64,000 nucleotides of DNA from the NCBI GenBank assembly GCA_951406725.2, contig OX597827.1, positions 20,274,001-20,338,000 of the forward strand, written 5' to 3'. This document shows, in pieces, positions 12,791 to 27,590 of this stretch. Both the position numbers and the translations under genes were made by a program. Position 1 is the first letter of the stretch. Every line of letters starts with the position of its first letter. This DNA is from Octopus vulgaris. Taxonomy: Eukaryota. The notes beneath the pieces were generated by a model. That model was not told the DNA's origin. It made no database searches and saw only the letters and a list, made by a program, of their open reading frames with translations.

Positions 12791-15194
12791 GTAAGATATG
12801 CTAAAAAAAAACTACATCTTTTCTGAGAGTTAGGAGATGAAAAAGAATATGCCTTTGTAATTTTTGTAAAGAAGTATTGTAAACCGTGCAGCTAAGTTTG
12901 AGCTACTCCAAGATAACCATTTTCTAGATTACCCAGCTGAGAAGTTGTTATTTTAACTCCTTTGATTGGGGTTTGAGAAATGACTAGATTTGGTTATATA
13001 TTTGAAATAACTAACTTATGAATAAAGATCTGAATATCTTTGATGTCAGCTACACTCCCAATGATATTTATCTTGACTTTCTTCATATTTTATTAACTTA
13101 TCTGAGTAATGGATGTTTTTTACAGCTATAATTCTGTACAGCTAGAAGTGTGCGAGATGAAGAATACACTTGAGAGCTAGAATTATAGCTAAGCATATCA
13201 GAACAGAATAACTTAGCTGCCTTCACCTTACCAAAATACATATCTTAGTCCTATTAGAGCTTAGTGCTACTTATCTGATCTAACGTCACTGACGTTGCCA
13301 TATCTCTCTCTATCTCTCTCTCTCCCCCTCTCTCACACACAGAGTTGAGGGGTTGTAAGTTATAGGGTCTTTCCTCTTATGTGGTGTATACTGTTTGTGA
13401 TCTTCAACTATGTACAGTATGAGGTTTTATAGACACCGAGTGTTCTCTTTAAAGTTGGTTAGTTACAGGTGATATTTTCATAAATAGTTATGATTCCTGA
13501 ATACCAAGTTGGTTTTCAATGGACTTACCTCTCTGTACACTGTCATTCCTATTACTTGGCAAATATATTTAGTATTACACTTTAACTATATCGACTTTTA
13601 CACATATTTCAATGTTCTTCTCTACATTCCCACTCTGAAGTCCAATCCAATTCTCTTGATTTGGATTAGGGAAAACTTTCTTTTACCTTCCAGTTATGCA
13701 TTCAGATGGATTACTTACACTCATTGAGTTAGGTAAATCCAAAGTTAACACCCCAGCCTCACCTCTCTATTGGTCCATAAACTCTATTGCAACCATAAAC
13801 TAGAATAAATTCATTAGCAGAAAAGTTGCTGTGGTGTGACTTGAAGTAAAAAAAAAAAACAAATTGAAATGGTTTTTTTTTTTTTTTCTTTTTAGTTGTG
13901 ATCTGCTGCACAATGTCTTATTTCCTGGCCAATAAATAGACCTTCCCAAGATATTAAATCTCTTTCCTTTACGTGTTTTATGTCGTTTTCTTTTGTATAC
14001 CTATTTCACACGTTATAAATTTCTAAGTAGATTTTGCTGTGTTAGGAAAGAAATTTAAATTTTAGATATTTTCACAAAATATTCATAAAATAGATAAAAA
14101 AAAAAAAAAACCCTCTGAAACTGAAAACAAAAATTACTTCATCCTTGGGTCTCTTCACTTACAATCCTATCTTTTTGTATTCAATATTAGTATTTCTGTA
14201 ATTTACAGCTTTGCTAGTGGTTTTGATTGTAGTTTCGGATCCAAGTTGTAGATGATTCAACAGTTGAGTGCAAATGTCCACACGAAAGATGTTAGTCTTC
14301 CTCTACTAAAAACTAATTCAATAAGAATATATTTTTGTGAGTCATTTAATAAAATCTCTGTCTGTCTGATTTATTTATTTGTCTTGTTACTCTGTATCCG
14401 TTACTCGGGTATCATGGCTCAGTTTTGCTGCTGCAGGAATGAGTCTTGAATCATTGGAAGGTTGGGTAGCTGGTTAGTTTTTCAGACCGACCATTTAACC
14501 TAAAAGAAATGAGACAGAGGACAAATCCATTCTTGTCAATGTCATTGTATCTCTCAGCTGTCAACTTGAAACTGTCCTTTGTTGGTTTATTAGATTTTCT
14601 TTTTCTTTTCCTTTTTTTTTTATTGGTCCTCATTTCTTTCCAGTCAAGACTAAATCTGTTAAAAGTAGTTAACCCAGTTTAATGACTCACTAGATATTTT
14701 TATTTAAAACACCTAGATAATAATATCACACTAATATATAACTGCTTCTTTCTCTCTCTCTCTAATGATTAGTTATAAGGTTTCCGAGGGAAAACCACTC
14801 GTTGAAACAGGTGTCATTTTCTAAAGATTAATGAAATATATAAAACTTGATATTTTAGTTTTATCTGGTTTTGTTTTTTGTGTTTGTTTTTTTTTCCTTT
14901 TTAAAATCTTTGTCAGTTTCATTGGCGTTACTTGACCTAGTTAGATAAGTTTTTGCTCAGTTAATTTTTGCCTTTAATTTCTTTTTAATTTTGGCTTCAT
15001 GCACCTGCAAATTCAAATAGTCACAGATATTGGTTTACATCAAGGTAGCTTTTTTGAACCCCCCCCCTTTTTTTTTTTAGCTGGTTCCCCAGCAGGGCCA
15101 CAGCTTAGTAACTGTAGGCAGTACAAAAAAGTTTTAATTGTCAATTTATTACCCAGTTAATTTGATTAGGTTAAGTCATAATACTTGGATATAA

Positions 15195-15423
15195 TACTTA
15201 ACTGTTTTATTCCCATATTCCTCTTGAAATACATTGTTCTCCTTACAGTTAATTTGGAAAAATAACAAAGAAGATTGTAAGATAACTTAATTATTAAACT
15301 GATGTTTAGAACATAAAACTAATATGAAATTTTATTAGAAAGTTTCAATTTAGATCACTTTAGAATAAGCCTGTACCTTAGAACCAAAGATGGTTTGGGT
15401 GGATTAGTACCAAAACAGTTCAA
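15195..15423 (-). mobile_element. Old diverged copy of piggyBac-type MITE family A
   Basis: Reverse complement resembles 8359-8582 and 36056-36284; ends eroded. Confidence 0.45.
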
Positions 15424-15659
15424 AGTAGCAACCTATGTTTTCATCAGACTATTATAAAACTTAATAATTATACAATATTGATGGTTCCTTTATGAACCTT
15501 TTCCTAAATGTTGCCACATGTCAGCATTATTCTCATGGTGTGCATGAATGTTTTATGTTCAGAATCAATATCCTTGATACAGGATCACAACCAGTTTCCT
15601 TAAATATCAAGGACTTTTCTTTCTTCTTAAAAGAGCAGATTTCTGAAATAATGCAACTC

Positions 15660-16250
15660 TTGTAGTTACATGAATCTCAATAACGAAACTGCCAATGCTG
15701 TTGAGGACAATACCTGGGGCACCTATAACAACTATGATTACTTTTGTAGAAACCCTCCACAGTCTTTATATTTCCATAGCCAAACCCTGGTATTTTGCTA
15801 TTTTCCCTTCTTCTTTGACTGCTACATTCATGTCTACAGATATAGTCCCATCTATGATGAGCCCTGCCCCCCTTATCCAGCAGAACAATAACATCAAGTC
15901 ATCTCACTTTAAGTTAAAGATCTGCCATTCCAATAAAGTCCCATAAAACCTTAAACTGATCATTCTCTATTACACTCTCTGGTTGATGTTGGGACCATTT
16001 ACTTCCTACTTTAAACCCTGTTTGCTGTAATATGTCCCAGTGTAATGCCCTGGCTACACAGCCATGTCTGTATCTATATCCCTTCTGTGCCAAAGGACTG
16101 CAGGACCTTAATGAGTGCATAGTAGATTCTTCTTTCTCATTACATTCTCTGCCTTTTGCATTTTTCATGGATTTGTCTATTTTTGCCTTAATATTTGTCT
16201 GCAATGACTTGCTTTGAGCAACCATTATCCATCTGTTTCTTGTTTAAAGT
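15660..16250 (-). mobile_element. R4/Dong-like (RLE-class) non-LTR retrotransposon 3' coding remnant
   Basis: Decayed CCHC finger, YRYRHGCVARALHW and HQPESVIENDQFKVLWDF, followed by DMNVAVKEEGKIAKYQGLAMEI*RLW..VIGAPG (restriction-like endonuclease). Confidence 0.8.
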
Positions 16251-17265
16251 CTCCAATCTTCAGTCATAAATTATTAAATCATCATCATCATTGCGAAAGC
16301 ATCCCTCAAAGTGACACTAGGGTACAAATATACAAAGCCCAGTATACCAATCATGACTACCCATCTGATAAGGGTACACCAGGCACATGCATCACAACCA
16401 TATATGCGCAACATGGTGATCTCATATTAAGACAAACAGTGCATGACCTTGCAGGTGGGGCCCTGTTAAAATTTTCTTCAGGTCAAGTAGCCTATCCTGC
16501 CCAAAAGGTCCTTGAATAAAGTTTATTTAAGGATGATGAACAAAACACATGTTCCCAGAGGTGAATTATCCAAACCCCAAAGAATCCCTCTCAACACATG
16601 GCTATGATGCTCCCCCACTACTTCTGCTTGTGATCAGAGATGCACATATCATGAGCCACGAAGGGACATGCTCAACTGGTTATGAGCAAACAACTGACAA
16701 GCAAATATGTGGTATTAAACACAATATTTGTTGTAGTCCATCTTTTATACCAAGACAAAACATGTACATCAGACACATGCCATCAGTAATTACTCAGGGT
16801 AAGCAATTGGTGATGTTTATGTCGTAGAACACACAAACAAATAAGCGAAACACAGGCACGCGACTGAGTTGGAGGCAGGTTTACTTCTGTCTTTATAGAG
16901 CATAAAGAAAATGTTGTAGGAATGTATGCAACACATGTACTACAGCAGTACTATGCATAGCTTTAATACTGAGATTGACAGACGGGCAAATTATGCCTAC
17001 CTAATCTAGAAAAAATAAAATATTTTGCATTTTATGCTTAGTAATCAGAGTAACATTCGTAATTTTATTGAATTAGGTACATATTTTGCCATAAAAGGAA
17101 AATGTTACTATCAGCCTATTTTATTCTGGTTAGGCACTGCCTACATAGCATATCCCTGATGTACATGATAACCCTTTCAGTCAGTTACGATCAGAAGCCA
17201 TGAGAGCCAGTGCCCAGTACTGCATCAGGGCATTTAATTATTATTATTATCATTGTTGTTGTTGA

Positions 17266-17610
17266 AGGCAGTGAGGAGCTGGCAGAATCATTAGCACGCC
17301 AGGCAGAATACCTTGCAGCATTTCTTCTGTCCTACATTCTGAGTTCAAATTCCACTATAGTCACCTTTGTCTTTCATCCTTTCAGGATTGATAAAATAAT
17401 TACTGGTTGAGCACTTAGGCTGATGTCATCAACTAGCTCCCCTCGCCCAAAATCTCAGGCCTTGTGCCTAGGATAGAAAAGATTATCATTAAGGCAGCAA
17501 GCTGGCAGAATCATTCCCCTGCCATACAGAATGCTTAGCAACTTTCCTTTTGTTTTTATGTTCTGAATCCAAATTCTGCCAAAGTTGTTTTTTACTTTCC
17601 ATCCTTGCTT
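17266..17610 (+). mobile_element. Two tandem SINE family 2 copies abutting the exon 2 acceptor
   Basis: agctggcagaatcatt...ttctga..caaattc blocks start near 17270 and 17492; the second ends about 30 nt before the AG at 17638. Confidence 0.8.
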
Positions 17611-17638
17611 GTTATAATCTAATTTCTCTCTTTTGCAG

Positions 17639-17869
17639 GCCCGAATCAACCAAGAACAAGAACATTTTCTTCTGAACCCATTTGGCCTATTGTTTGCTGA
17701 AATGACCGCTTCCTCATTGGTGAAAGTGGACATGCAAGGCGAGATTGTTGATTCCGGTTCTACATCTTTGGGCATCAATAAAGCTGGATTCATGCTCCAT
17801 TCTGCCATCCACCAAGCAAGACCAGACATTCGCTGTGTTATCCATCTTCACACACCACATGCTGTTGCA
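17639..17869 (+). CDS. hts: Adducin exon 2 (231 nt): ARINQEQEHFLLNPFGLLFAEMTASSLVKVDMQGEIVDSGSTSLGINKAGFMLHSAIHQARPDIRCVIHLHTPHAVA
   Basis: Acceptor ttttgcag|, donor GCA|gtatgt, phase 0-0. Class II aldolase/adducin motifs EHFLxNPxG, TASSLVKV, HSAIxxARPD, HxHTP. Confidence 0.97.
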
Positions 17870-19953
17870 GTATGTTGCTCTCTGATGATGAGGCTTTCTA
17901 ATATCTTTCTTTTTCTCACAAAAATGTTTTTTTCTTTTTCTTCTTTAACAGAAGATACAAGTTCAATTCCAGCTGTAACCAAGTTGCCTGTCCATTCTAT
18001 CTTTATAATGTAAAATATCTAAGAGGACATATTATTGAATTTGTTTTGCTTAGATTACCATCCACTTAGAAGAATCTTCTTCACAGTTAAGTCCTTGAAG
18101 ATTTACCATGTGAAGCAAAATGACTCCCAAAGTCACCAGTGATTTGTGAAATCAGTGTTTGTCTAGATTCACCTGTTTTAAGTAGCAGCTATTTTACAAA
18201 CTGATTGGATACCAAAACATCTGCTACACATTCCTCACATATTAATAAACTGAAATATTTATCCAAAGATATGTCGCTGTTGATGAATTTGCTGATAGTC
18301 CAGTACTTGATGTAGGTTATGTGCTGACTATGATAAATCATTTAGTGATACCACTGAAAATCTTGTAATACATCTAGGATAAGGTAACTTGATAAGACTC
18401 GCCCTCCTCTAAGCTTATAGCACAGCGTTTGAGCTCAGCATTCCAACTTCACAAAATACTCATTGGTTTCACAGTGCTGTTATTTCTTATAAGGTTTAAG
18501 TTGATGGTATCCGTTTACAGCTAAGTTGACTGATCTGTTTAAGAAAAAAATTGTCATAGGTACGAAGTTCTAACTATTAACCTCTCAATTATTTGTTCAG
18601 AATCCTATCAACAAGTTTGCTATCTGCTCTCTATAGGTCAGCTACTCCATAAGAACTTGACCTAGAGAACAGGCTGGTTGCTTGATTATGACAGCAGCAA
18701 TCTATATTAAAATGGAAGCTAATAGCCCTAGAATAACAAATTGGTTAATTTGGCATTGTGTATTATTAATAGTGTTCAGTTCTCGCATAAAGTGTTAAAA
18801 GATTTGTCACTGGCCATCAAGAAATTCTGTTCCAGTCTAAAATGTCAGGTTTTAATCAAATCACCAGAGAATTTAGCTTGAATTATTATGCCAAAGAGAG
18901 GCAATTACTAATTTTACAACAAATATTCTAAATGGCAAATGGCAACAGCTTTTGTATTTTGTGTGTGAATATGTATATTTGATGTTTCTAAATACACTGT
19001 TATAAAACTGTGTTCATATGTGTGTGTGTGTGTGTATTAGGTGGTTTCCTTCTATATCTGTTCTGTTGTCTTTGACCTAATCACATGACCATAGCTGTAC
19101 AAGCAATTTTTTTGGCTGTCTAACAACAAAATTCTCTCCCTCATTTATGAAGATTTACACTCTTCAGACTTTTAGTATTTGTACTGACATTCTCCAAAAG
19201 TACTGACCTCAGCTATTATCACACTCTCCCAAAATACTTACTCAGCATACTAAAAATAGCAGCCAAATCTCCCTCAAACTACACCTTACCATCATTTGGA
19301 TATATTAATCTCAGGGGGAAAAATATCATTGCAGCTGTAATACCTTCTATCATAAGTCTACTCACACAAACCTAACTTCAAGCTGAACAAAAACCTCTTA
19401 GGTTATCCTCTCAACCTAATATATCTTTCTATTTTACTTTCTTTGTATCATCAAATCCAGGTTTGTTACTAGTTTTGCTTTCATTCTAGTAAAGTATCTT
19501 GTCGTACATCCAAACTCCAGTGTTCTCTGAGAACTATCAGATTGTTACTGGCCCTATTAACTCTGTTCATAAGAGTTCACTTCACTGAGAGAAACAGCTC
19601 TCCTTGAAGGTGACACTACTGAAGGAGCTGAGGAGTGTTTCTTTAGGTTGCTATCTTCAGTTCTGTTTCCTTTCGTGTTATTCCCAACCTCTTAACATTC
19701 AGAGAACTGGGTTACTTTCCAATGACAATGGTGGACATAGAAACCAGTGTTTCTGCAGATATCAAAAAAGGGTCGTTAACGAGAGAGAGGGTACGTGTGT
19801 TACATTTAAAGCACACAAGTTCATTTACAGGTTTTTAATCAATAGATTTTAGGGCTGCAAACATTTTGCTGTAAAGGTTTTCTACAGTCCTGCTGTTTTT
19901 CTGTTGTATTCACTAGTTCTTTTTAATGTCCATTTATCCCATCAGTTTGTACA

Positions 19954-20278
19954 TGCAGGCATGGTTGTGTGGTAAGAGGCTTGTTTCCCAACCACATAGT
20001 TCTGGGTTCAGTCCCACTGCCTGGCACCATGGACAAGTGTCTTCTACTATAACCTTGGGCACACCAAAGCTTTTGTGAATGGATTTGGTAGACAGAAACT
20101 GAAAGAAACACATCATATGTGTGTTTGTCCCTCACCATTGCTTAACATCCAGTGTGGGTGTGTTTATGTCCCTGTAACTTAGGTCAGCAAAAAAGACTGT
20201 TTCGTTTAACTATAAATTCTTCAAGGCAGTTCTCCAGTATGGCTGCAGTCTAATGACTAAAACAAGTAGCAAGAAAGA
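19954..20278 (+). mobile_element. tRNA-derived SINE, family 1 (diverged)
   Basis: Same head, gggttcagtcccactgc and aagtgtcttctactata core as the 8781 and 29456 copies. Confidence 0.85.
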
Positions 20279-21374
20279 GCTATTTTATTCGCTTGGTGCT
20301 CTTCTTGACACCAACTCTTTTCTAAGTAGCGGATTCTTTTATACCACAAATGTTTGAAACTGCAGAATAACTGAAGTCCTAGTATTAATGTCAGCACCAC
20401 TTCACTCTACTGGTGACCTCACCTGGAATACAAACACACACTGAATAAAAAAACCCTTGTGACAACATGTCCAACTTGTGCCAGGATAGAAAATATGATG
20501 GTGATGATGATTTTAAGCAGTCTTGTTTTATCTATATCCTCTCATGTTTTTTTACAAAACTAATTCTTCAGTGTAAATTAACGTAACCTATTGTAATTAC
20601 TACTTTTCTAAATTGTGTCATAGTGTCACCATTCCTCTTTTGGATCCTGACAATGAAGGAATGTTTCTGCTGTTTCTGTGAAGACCGTAGAAACTGTTTC
20701 CCAATGTATTTTGTATCCAGTGATACAGACTGTTGAAATGATGTTGGTTTGGGTGGGACACCACATTGTGAATGGGTGAGTGGAGATCTATTGACAATAG
20801 TTGCTACACTTTACAGATTCATTGGCAGGAAAACCTTGGATGTTGTAGGAACTATTCTGAATTTAATGACATCTTACTTGAGATAATTAACTGCACAGCT
20901 CCTGTCTACTGATTTGGTTTCTGGAGAGGAAGTGTAAAAGCTGATATTCTTCTAATTTAGAGATAAACTTTGTTATCATCATTGATGTAATTGAATATTT
21001 CTACTCATTAAAAAAAACAAAAACTGTTTATCTGTGGGGTTTGCACAACTTTAATTTCTGAGCATCCCCAGTTCCTCATATGTGACACTAAAAGATATGG
21101 CTCATTAGAACAATAGAAATAAATGTTTGAGTAGAATTGGTTCTTTGGAAAACTGAGATAACAGCCAAAACTACAAATAATATTCCCTTTAATTATTGAC
21201 ATCAGTTTCCCCCTCATCTTTTTCTTCTCTCTTTAATACTTTATTCTGTCTCTCCACATTTAATCTCTTGGAATGGCTTACCATTTTTTTTCTAAACTTC
21301 TTCTTATCCCAATGCTCTTCTCACTATTTTTATTTTTTTTATTCTCAGACCATGTTGTCCATCTTCCATTGCAG

Positions 21375-21518
21375 GTTTCAGCCATGAAATGTGGCCTGTT
21401 GCCATTGTCTCAGGAGTCACTTATCTGTGGAACAATCAGCTACCATGAATACAATGGCATCATTGTGGACCAAGAGGAGAGAGAGAAGCTGGCAAGAAGT
21501 TTAGGCCCAGCTAACAAG
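21375..21518 (+). CDS. hts: Adducin exon 3 (144 nt): VSAMKCGLLPLSQESLICGTISYHEYNGIIVDQEEREKLARSLGPANK
   Basis: Acceptor ttgcag|, donor AAG|gtttgt, phase 0-0. AVSAMKCGLLP matches adducins. Confidence 0.96.
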
Positions 21519-24500
21519 GTTTGTACTTCCAATGTTACTGTTATCATAAAATTTCAGTTTTTAAAAAAATTCTTTTTGATATATATATAAAGTACTAATG
21601 CATCAGTTAGAAGGGATTGAAACTCCTTTCAATTCCAAAAATGAGGACAATCAAAATCTTTTACTTTACTCAAGAGAAAAATCCCCAATTTAGCCCTTGA
21701 TTGTAATGAATCATAAGGGATAATTGTCCCTGATGACTAGGCATTGAAATTAGTCTAAAGTTGTGCGTAATGCTGATCATCATTTAACCACTATGTTCCA
21801 TGCTGGCCTGGGTTGGATGGTTTGGCAAGGATCCAATGTCTGCTTTGACATGGTTTCAAAGCTGGACGTCCTTCCTAACACCAACCACTTTGCAGTGTGG
21901 ACTGGTTGAATAACAACTACATAACAAGCACCATAGCAGTACCTTTGGCCTGCAAGAGTTAATTAGCATGGAATATAAGAATAACAACAGAATTATTAGT
22001 TGGATTAGGGTTGGTTTCAGTAATTTTTGTTTGATATATTGGGAAAACAAACCTTTACTTAAGCTATTGGGTGGGAATTTGATGTGTACACTCACTAAAT
22101 TCAGTTGCTGCTGCTGATGATGATCTTTTCACTCATTAGTTCAGTTTACCTGACATTATGTTCCGGTGGGTATCTGAATATCTCATAGTTTTTCAATAAT
22201 GGATACTCTATACATTCTTTTTCTCTTAATGATTGTGGCTGGGTAGCTAATATCAGAGATTTGAAAATAATTTATTTCTGCATCTGTTTAATTAACAAGA
22301 AAACTTTTCACCAGAAACAAACATCTCAACTCCAAATCTCTGTCACCCACTAAAGTGATCTCCACTCGATTTGTAATCTCCTACCAACACAATTTTTTCA
22401 CTTTTTCTTTACCTGATTTGCTGCCAAAAATCTAGGCCAGGAAATGTTTAATATTTTTGGGTGAATTCAGCCAACGAAACAGCTATAAATGACTGACATC
22501 ACAATCTAAGATTATAATAAATGCAGACAGATTTCGGTTCATTCTATTTTTTGACCTTGAAAAATATAATGCTAGTATGACTGTTTTAGTCACCATTTGC
22601 AATCATTCGTTCTAACTGTAAACAAACATGTCCTCCGAAATACTGGGGCTGTCGTGTCATTTAAGTAAACACTAATGTCATTTCTAGTTTATATTGAAAA
22701 AAATATTGTACAACATTTATATTAAACTTGACATAACTGTCACCTTGAAAACATTTTCTATCTCTTCTGCTCAACATTAAGGTGTCCTTTCCATGAAATA
22801 ACTCCAAGATTGTGCCCATTGGAAGGAATGATCGCATAGCAAGTTTTTGGTAGAAGTTTGCTTCACTACCACACAGCTCTGAGGTTGAGCTCTTTGGGTT
22901 GATCAGTGCTGCTTTGTGAATGAAATTTGATAGAAACTGTTTTCTTTGTTTGTCTACCTGCTTGTCTGTCTAATGGATAAGTGGTTGGTAAAATACTCAA
23001 CCCATTTGGTATGAATACCTTGTTTTATTAGGTACTGTCTTGGTTGCATCTCCTTTCACCCAGCTGACTTTGTTGTGTAAGGTTGATAAAATAACCATCA
23101 AAGGGCTCAAATCAATCAAAGCACTTGATGACAGTGCTCCAGCATGAGTGCAGTCTTATATACCTGAAACTGACAAATTATAAACACAGAAAGATAATAA
23201 ACAATATTCTTATTGTTAAACAACCATTTGCATAGGTTTATGTCTCGATATAGCCTGGAAGCAGGCAAGTGAGTCACTTTATGGATTTAACAACCACCAA
23301 AGGGTCTGAAAAGTCATCTCTGTTGCATGAATTTTGTTGTGTTTCAGAGACTGGTCAGAATTATTGATTATAGACAAATAGAGATTTCTTTTTTTTTTCT
23401 TCTTCTTTTATTTATGTGCACTTCATTTTGAGGAAGGGAAAGACAACACCCAAGAGTCTTTCTTCTGAGGCTAATGGATACTTGCTGGACAGCAGAGTGA
23501 TGAACTTGGTTAAAAGCACTTAGTCACCATGTAGTGATGTTAAACTGGAGTTAACAGATTTAAGTTGATTATCCATGGTCACAAAATGGAAAGAACCAGA
23601 AAAAATACTGCAAAGTATCTTATCTGACATTATTCTCCTACTCTGCACTGATATTTTATTTTTTGTCAGCCTCTTCAATATTTTGTCTGCTCCAGAATCC
23701 AAGCCTAGGATCAATTTTTGGGTAGTCAAGGCAACATTTTGCACCCTCAGACACACTAAAGTCATTTCTCTAATAAGTTTGGATCTTATTTTCTTCTTTT
23801 GACATAACTAAATATATAAACAGCAATCCAAAGGCCAAGAAATAAAGCTTTCTTTTAGTATTTCATTCTTTTTGAATTATTGCAATTCATAAAGCAAAGA
23901 AATATTTTGTTAATGAGAATTTTTACTTAATTACTTTGATTTTGTTGTGATTGTCTAATAAACAACTAAAAAGAATACGAGTAGAGTGGAAGGGGTTTTT
24001 TTTTTTTTTAACAAATGTCGTTTAAGCTTTGTTTACTTCTATATCACATAATTCCTAATTGTTTTAATTTTTATTGGTGCAAGTTGAATGGGCAAGGTTT
24101 GCATTGCTTGCTTGCCATATATAGTAAAAGGTTACTTCAACCTTCTACATCATTTCTATTTAATCAGCAGACTGGTTTGGCATGATGCCATTTAATGATT
24201 TTATGCATGTGCACACCTAATATTTTTAGATATTAGTTTTGAAAAATATCTGGGCAGCCTAAGCAATTTTATTTTGCTATATTTGTATTAATAGAGGTTT
24301 TCTCATAGTTGTTTTAAGGCTGAGTATTGCATTCTCTTGTCATATTGACTTAATCCAGTGGAGATAGAAAACACATGCTAAGATAATAGATTCAGATCTC
24401 AAGTAAATAGGGACTCACATGAGAAAATATGAGAACTTAGCTTATTTAAAAGAGCTTTTTACTTTGTAAGAATGTTTGGCAATAACTGTTTCTCAGTTCT

Positions 24501-25966
24501 GCTACAGAGAGATTTTAATTTATTCTGTTGATTTAACAAGATACTGATACCTACACCAGTTGGCAGAAATAATAATCTTATTGAAAATACAGTTTCATTG
24601 TGTAATACAAAGGTTAGAACTTGTCAATCATAAAAAAAAAAAAGTTTTTTTTTTATTTTGCAAGAATTGAAGAACATTTTACTGTGAGATTATATTGAAT
24701 ATCACTTCTCCCTCTATGCCATATCACTTGTGGGCGTTGACTCCAACTCAGGAGCACAGTATGTCTTTCATTGGAGTTTTTGTGGCTCTGGTCTGGGACC
24801 AGCTGCAAGGTTTGCTGCAGTCCATGTGTGGATGTTTTTATGAGACAGCACTGGTCTAGTTGGCCGTTGGTTCACAATGAACTCATCTATCATTTGTTTT
24901 ATTGCTGGCTGTAATATTGCCAACCATTCTAATTGAATTAATTCTCTACTTGATTTCTCTCTTGCTCTAACATTGATGTTGTTGTAGTAATAGTAGCAGC
25001 AGCTTAATTTTTCTTAATCAAGGGCTTAATCCCGACTCCACCAGATATTTCAAGCATCTCAGGGATAATTTCTGAAGGACCAGGGGCATTTAATAACCTT
25101 TCATAGCAGCTCTTTCACACCTCTTTCTTTTCTAAGTCATTAAGTCTGTGTGTATAGCTCAGAAGTGAATGCAAGCAATATGCATTAAAAGAAGGCTTCA
25201 GTGACTACGTGATAGTGTAGGGCATGGGTGGATTTAGCAAGTTACATGAGCATTGTTAAGGTGTAGATTTTTTTTCTTTTTTTTTTTTTGGTCTGTGTGT
25301 TTACAGTAATAAACACATAAAATGAACTGAAATTCAAACAGCGTTTGTGTTGGTTTACACTGACAGACCATCTCGTAAAGCCTGTGCATTGAGTGTATGT
25401 ATTCATCGTATATGTATTCATAGATATGTTTGTGTGTGTTTCCTTGTCTTGACAACAGGTGATAATTGTAAATGAATGTCATTGTCATACAAGTGGTGTC
25501 CTCTTTCATTTCCAATCTTCCATGAAAACATGTCCAACCATGGGGAAATATTACTTTGCTTTGGAAACTGGTGATAGGAAAATCTACTTGAATGGATTCC
25601 AGTTGACCCATAGAAAAGTGTCTATTAAAACAACAAGGATGATATATAATGCAGCATCAAAGACTTTGTTTGTAGCAGTATTTTGAACATATATACACAT
25701 ATATACACAGAATTTGATTTCCCTGTTAAATTAAAATCTGGCGCGAGGTGAGACTTGAAATGGTGAAGTTTTCAGCAAGAGGCAGGAAACCCAATGATTC
25801 AGCAGAAAGTGGAGAATCAAACAATAGAAAAGAGGAAGGACAGGTGAGATGGACGTAGACATACATTTTCTGAAGTGGGTGTATCCTATTGTTTTGTTTT
25901 AATTTCTTAAAATCTCGCAACTTTTCTTGGTGTTAATGAAAGTCTATTGTTTTCTTTGTGTGACAG

Positions 25967-26065
25967 GTCATGTTCCTCCGTAACCACGGTATCGTAGCTT
26001 GTGGCGAGTCAATTGAAGAGGCTTATCATTTTGCTTTTAATGTCATGAAAGCTTGTGACACTCAG
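25967..26065 (+). CDS. hts: Adducin exon 4 (99 nt): [33 protein letters not shown]
   Basis: Acceptor tgacag|, donor CAG|gtaaat, phase 0-0. LRNHG...GExxEEA motif. Confidence 0.96.
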
Positions 26066-27590
26066 GTAAATAATTTCTTCACTTATATTTTGCCACATTC
26101 TCATATGAGATATACTGTAAAGGCAATTGTAGTTCTGACTTTGGCACTAAGGCAGGCTCTAAACTGCTGTTATCAGTTAAGGTTTCTTTAAGCTTTCAGT
26201 GATTTCTGTAGTTTAAAAGAATTGACCAAACTTAAATTTTCAGATTAAAATGTGTGGTCTTATACTTAGATAAAATATTATTATTCTTATTAGTTTAATA
26301 AAATTTGTTAATATTAATTTAAATTACTAGAGTTATGATTACTTTTGTGTTATTGGGCATTTTTTAAATTCATATTTTCATTACAAGCCATAAAAAAAAA
26401 AGAATACTATAGCAAATGGATTCTTATAGAACAATTAACTAAATTTCTTTTATTCTAACATTCTCAAAAAACAAAGACTTTTTTCTAGAGATAATTAGTT
26501 TAGATTTAATAACAAAAATCTGATTGTGTTACCTTTTGTTGTAAAGTCAAGTGCATTTACTTAAAACTTAAAATTGACATCTCTTTACCTGACACTAAAG
26601 ACTTGTACTTCTTTTAATATTTAATGTCTGATTGACTAACAAGTAACTAAGGCTGGAGTTAGCAGTTTGCTGAAACCTGTGGCTGCTAGTTGCCAAAGTC
26701 TTTCCTTACTCAGTATTGGTAGAGTTCTACTCAACTGAATTTACCCCCAGTATTTTACTGTTATTTATTTCACCAATTCAAAAGCATGGCTGAGCAAACG
26801 AGATTCCATCAGCTCTGGTTCCTGATTATTTGCACCTGGAGATAACTGGAGAACTACCGTGAAGTAGGGTGTCTGGCACGCTGTCATTTCTGTTAACAAT
26901 AACAGCATGGAAAGATGTGTAGCACAAACATTAAGGGAAGTAAAATGGCCTTTCCAAAATAAAGAGCCTAGATTCTGAACGAATGTGAGGATCCATCATC
27001 ATAAGAGAAGGTATAAAGCACATAGTGTAAACCCATGAAGGATGTCGGGACATGATAAGCTGAGAAGTTTAATGAGATAATAACAGAGCTGTAGAGAAAT
27101 CCTGACAGGCCTAGAGGAAAGAGACCATCTTAATTCTCAACACTAAAGAATCAATGAACCCTAACTTGTATCAACCCATTTAACTGTAACCGTTCCTACA
27201 GACTGTAACGGCAATATTGCAAAGAGTGAATAAATTTGCAAACATGGAGCTACTTTCTAGAAGAACAATAGAAATGCTGCAATGGTTTATATGGTTGTAA
27301 AGATCAATAACTGGTCAATAAAGTTATAACTGAAGACTGATGAATGATTGTGTTTCACCAATTGTAAAACCTAACCTAAACTATACTAACCTGAACTTGT
27401 CAGTTCAATTTCCTGATTTAAAAAAAAAACAGAAACTGGTATTTTCCTGTTTTCACTGATGAAAAAGTGTGGCATCTTTAGGAGAGAAAACATTTCATTG
27501 ACTGCTGAAAAATCTATTTAAATTTATAATGCGAAATTGTAGTTTTGTTTGTTTGTGTTTGTCACTTGTGATTCAATGTCTCATTTTTAG

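Noticed and set aside
16280-16760. ORFs 16214-16519 and 16549-16827
   Set aside because: Probably an interspersed repeat fragment; no protein motif I can support.
21730-21756. CTGATGA...GAAA spacing (also at 40975)
   Set aside because: No stem II pairing between the boxes.
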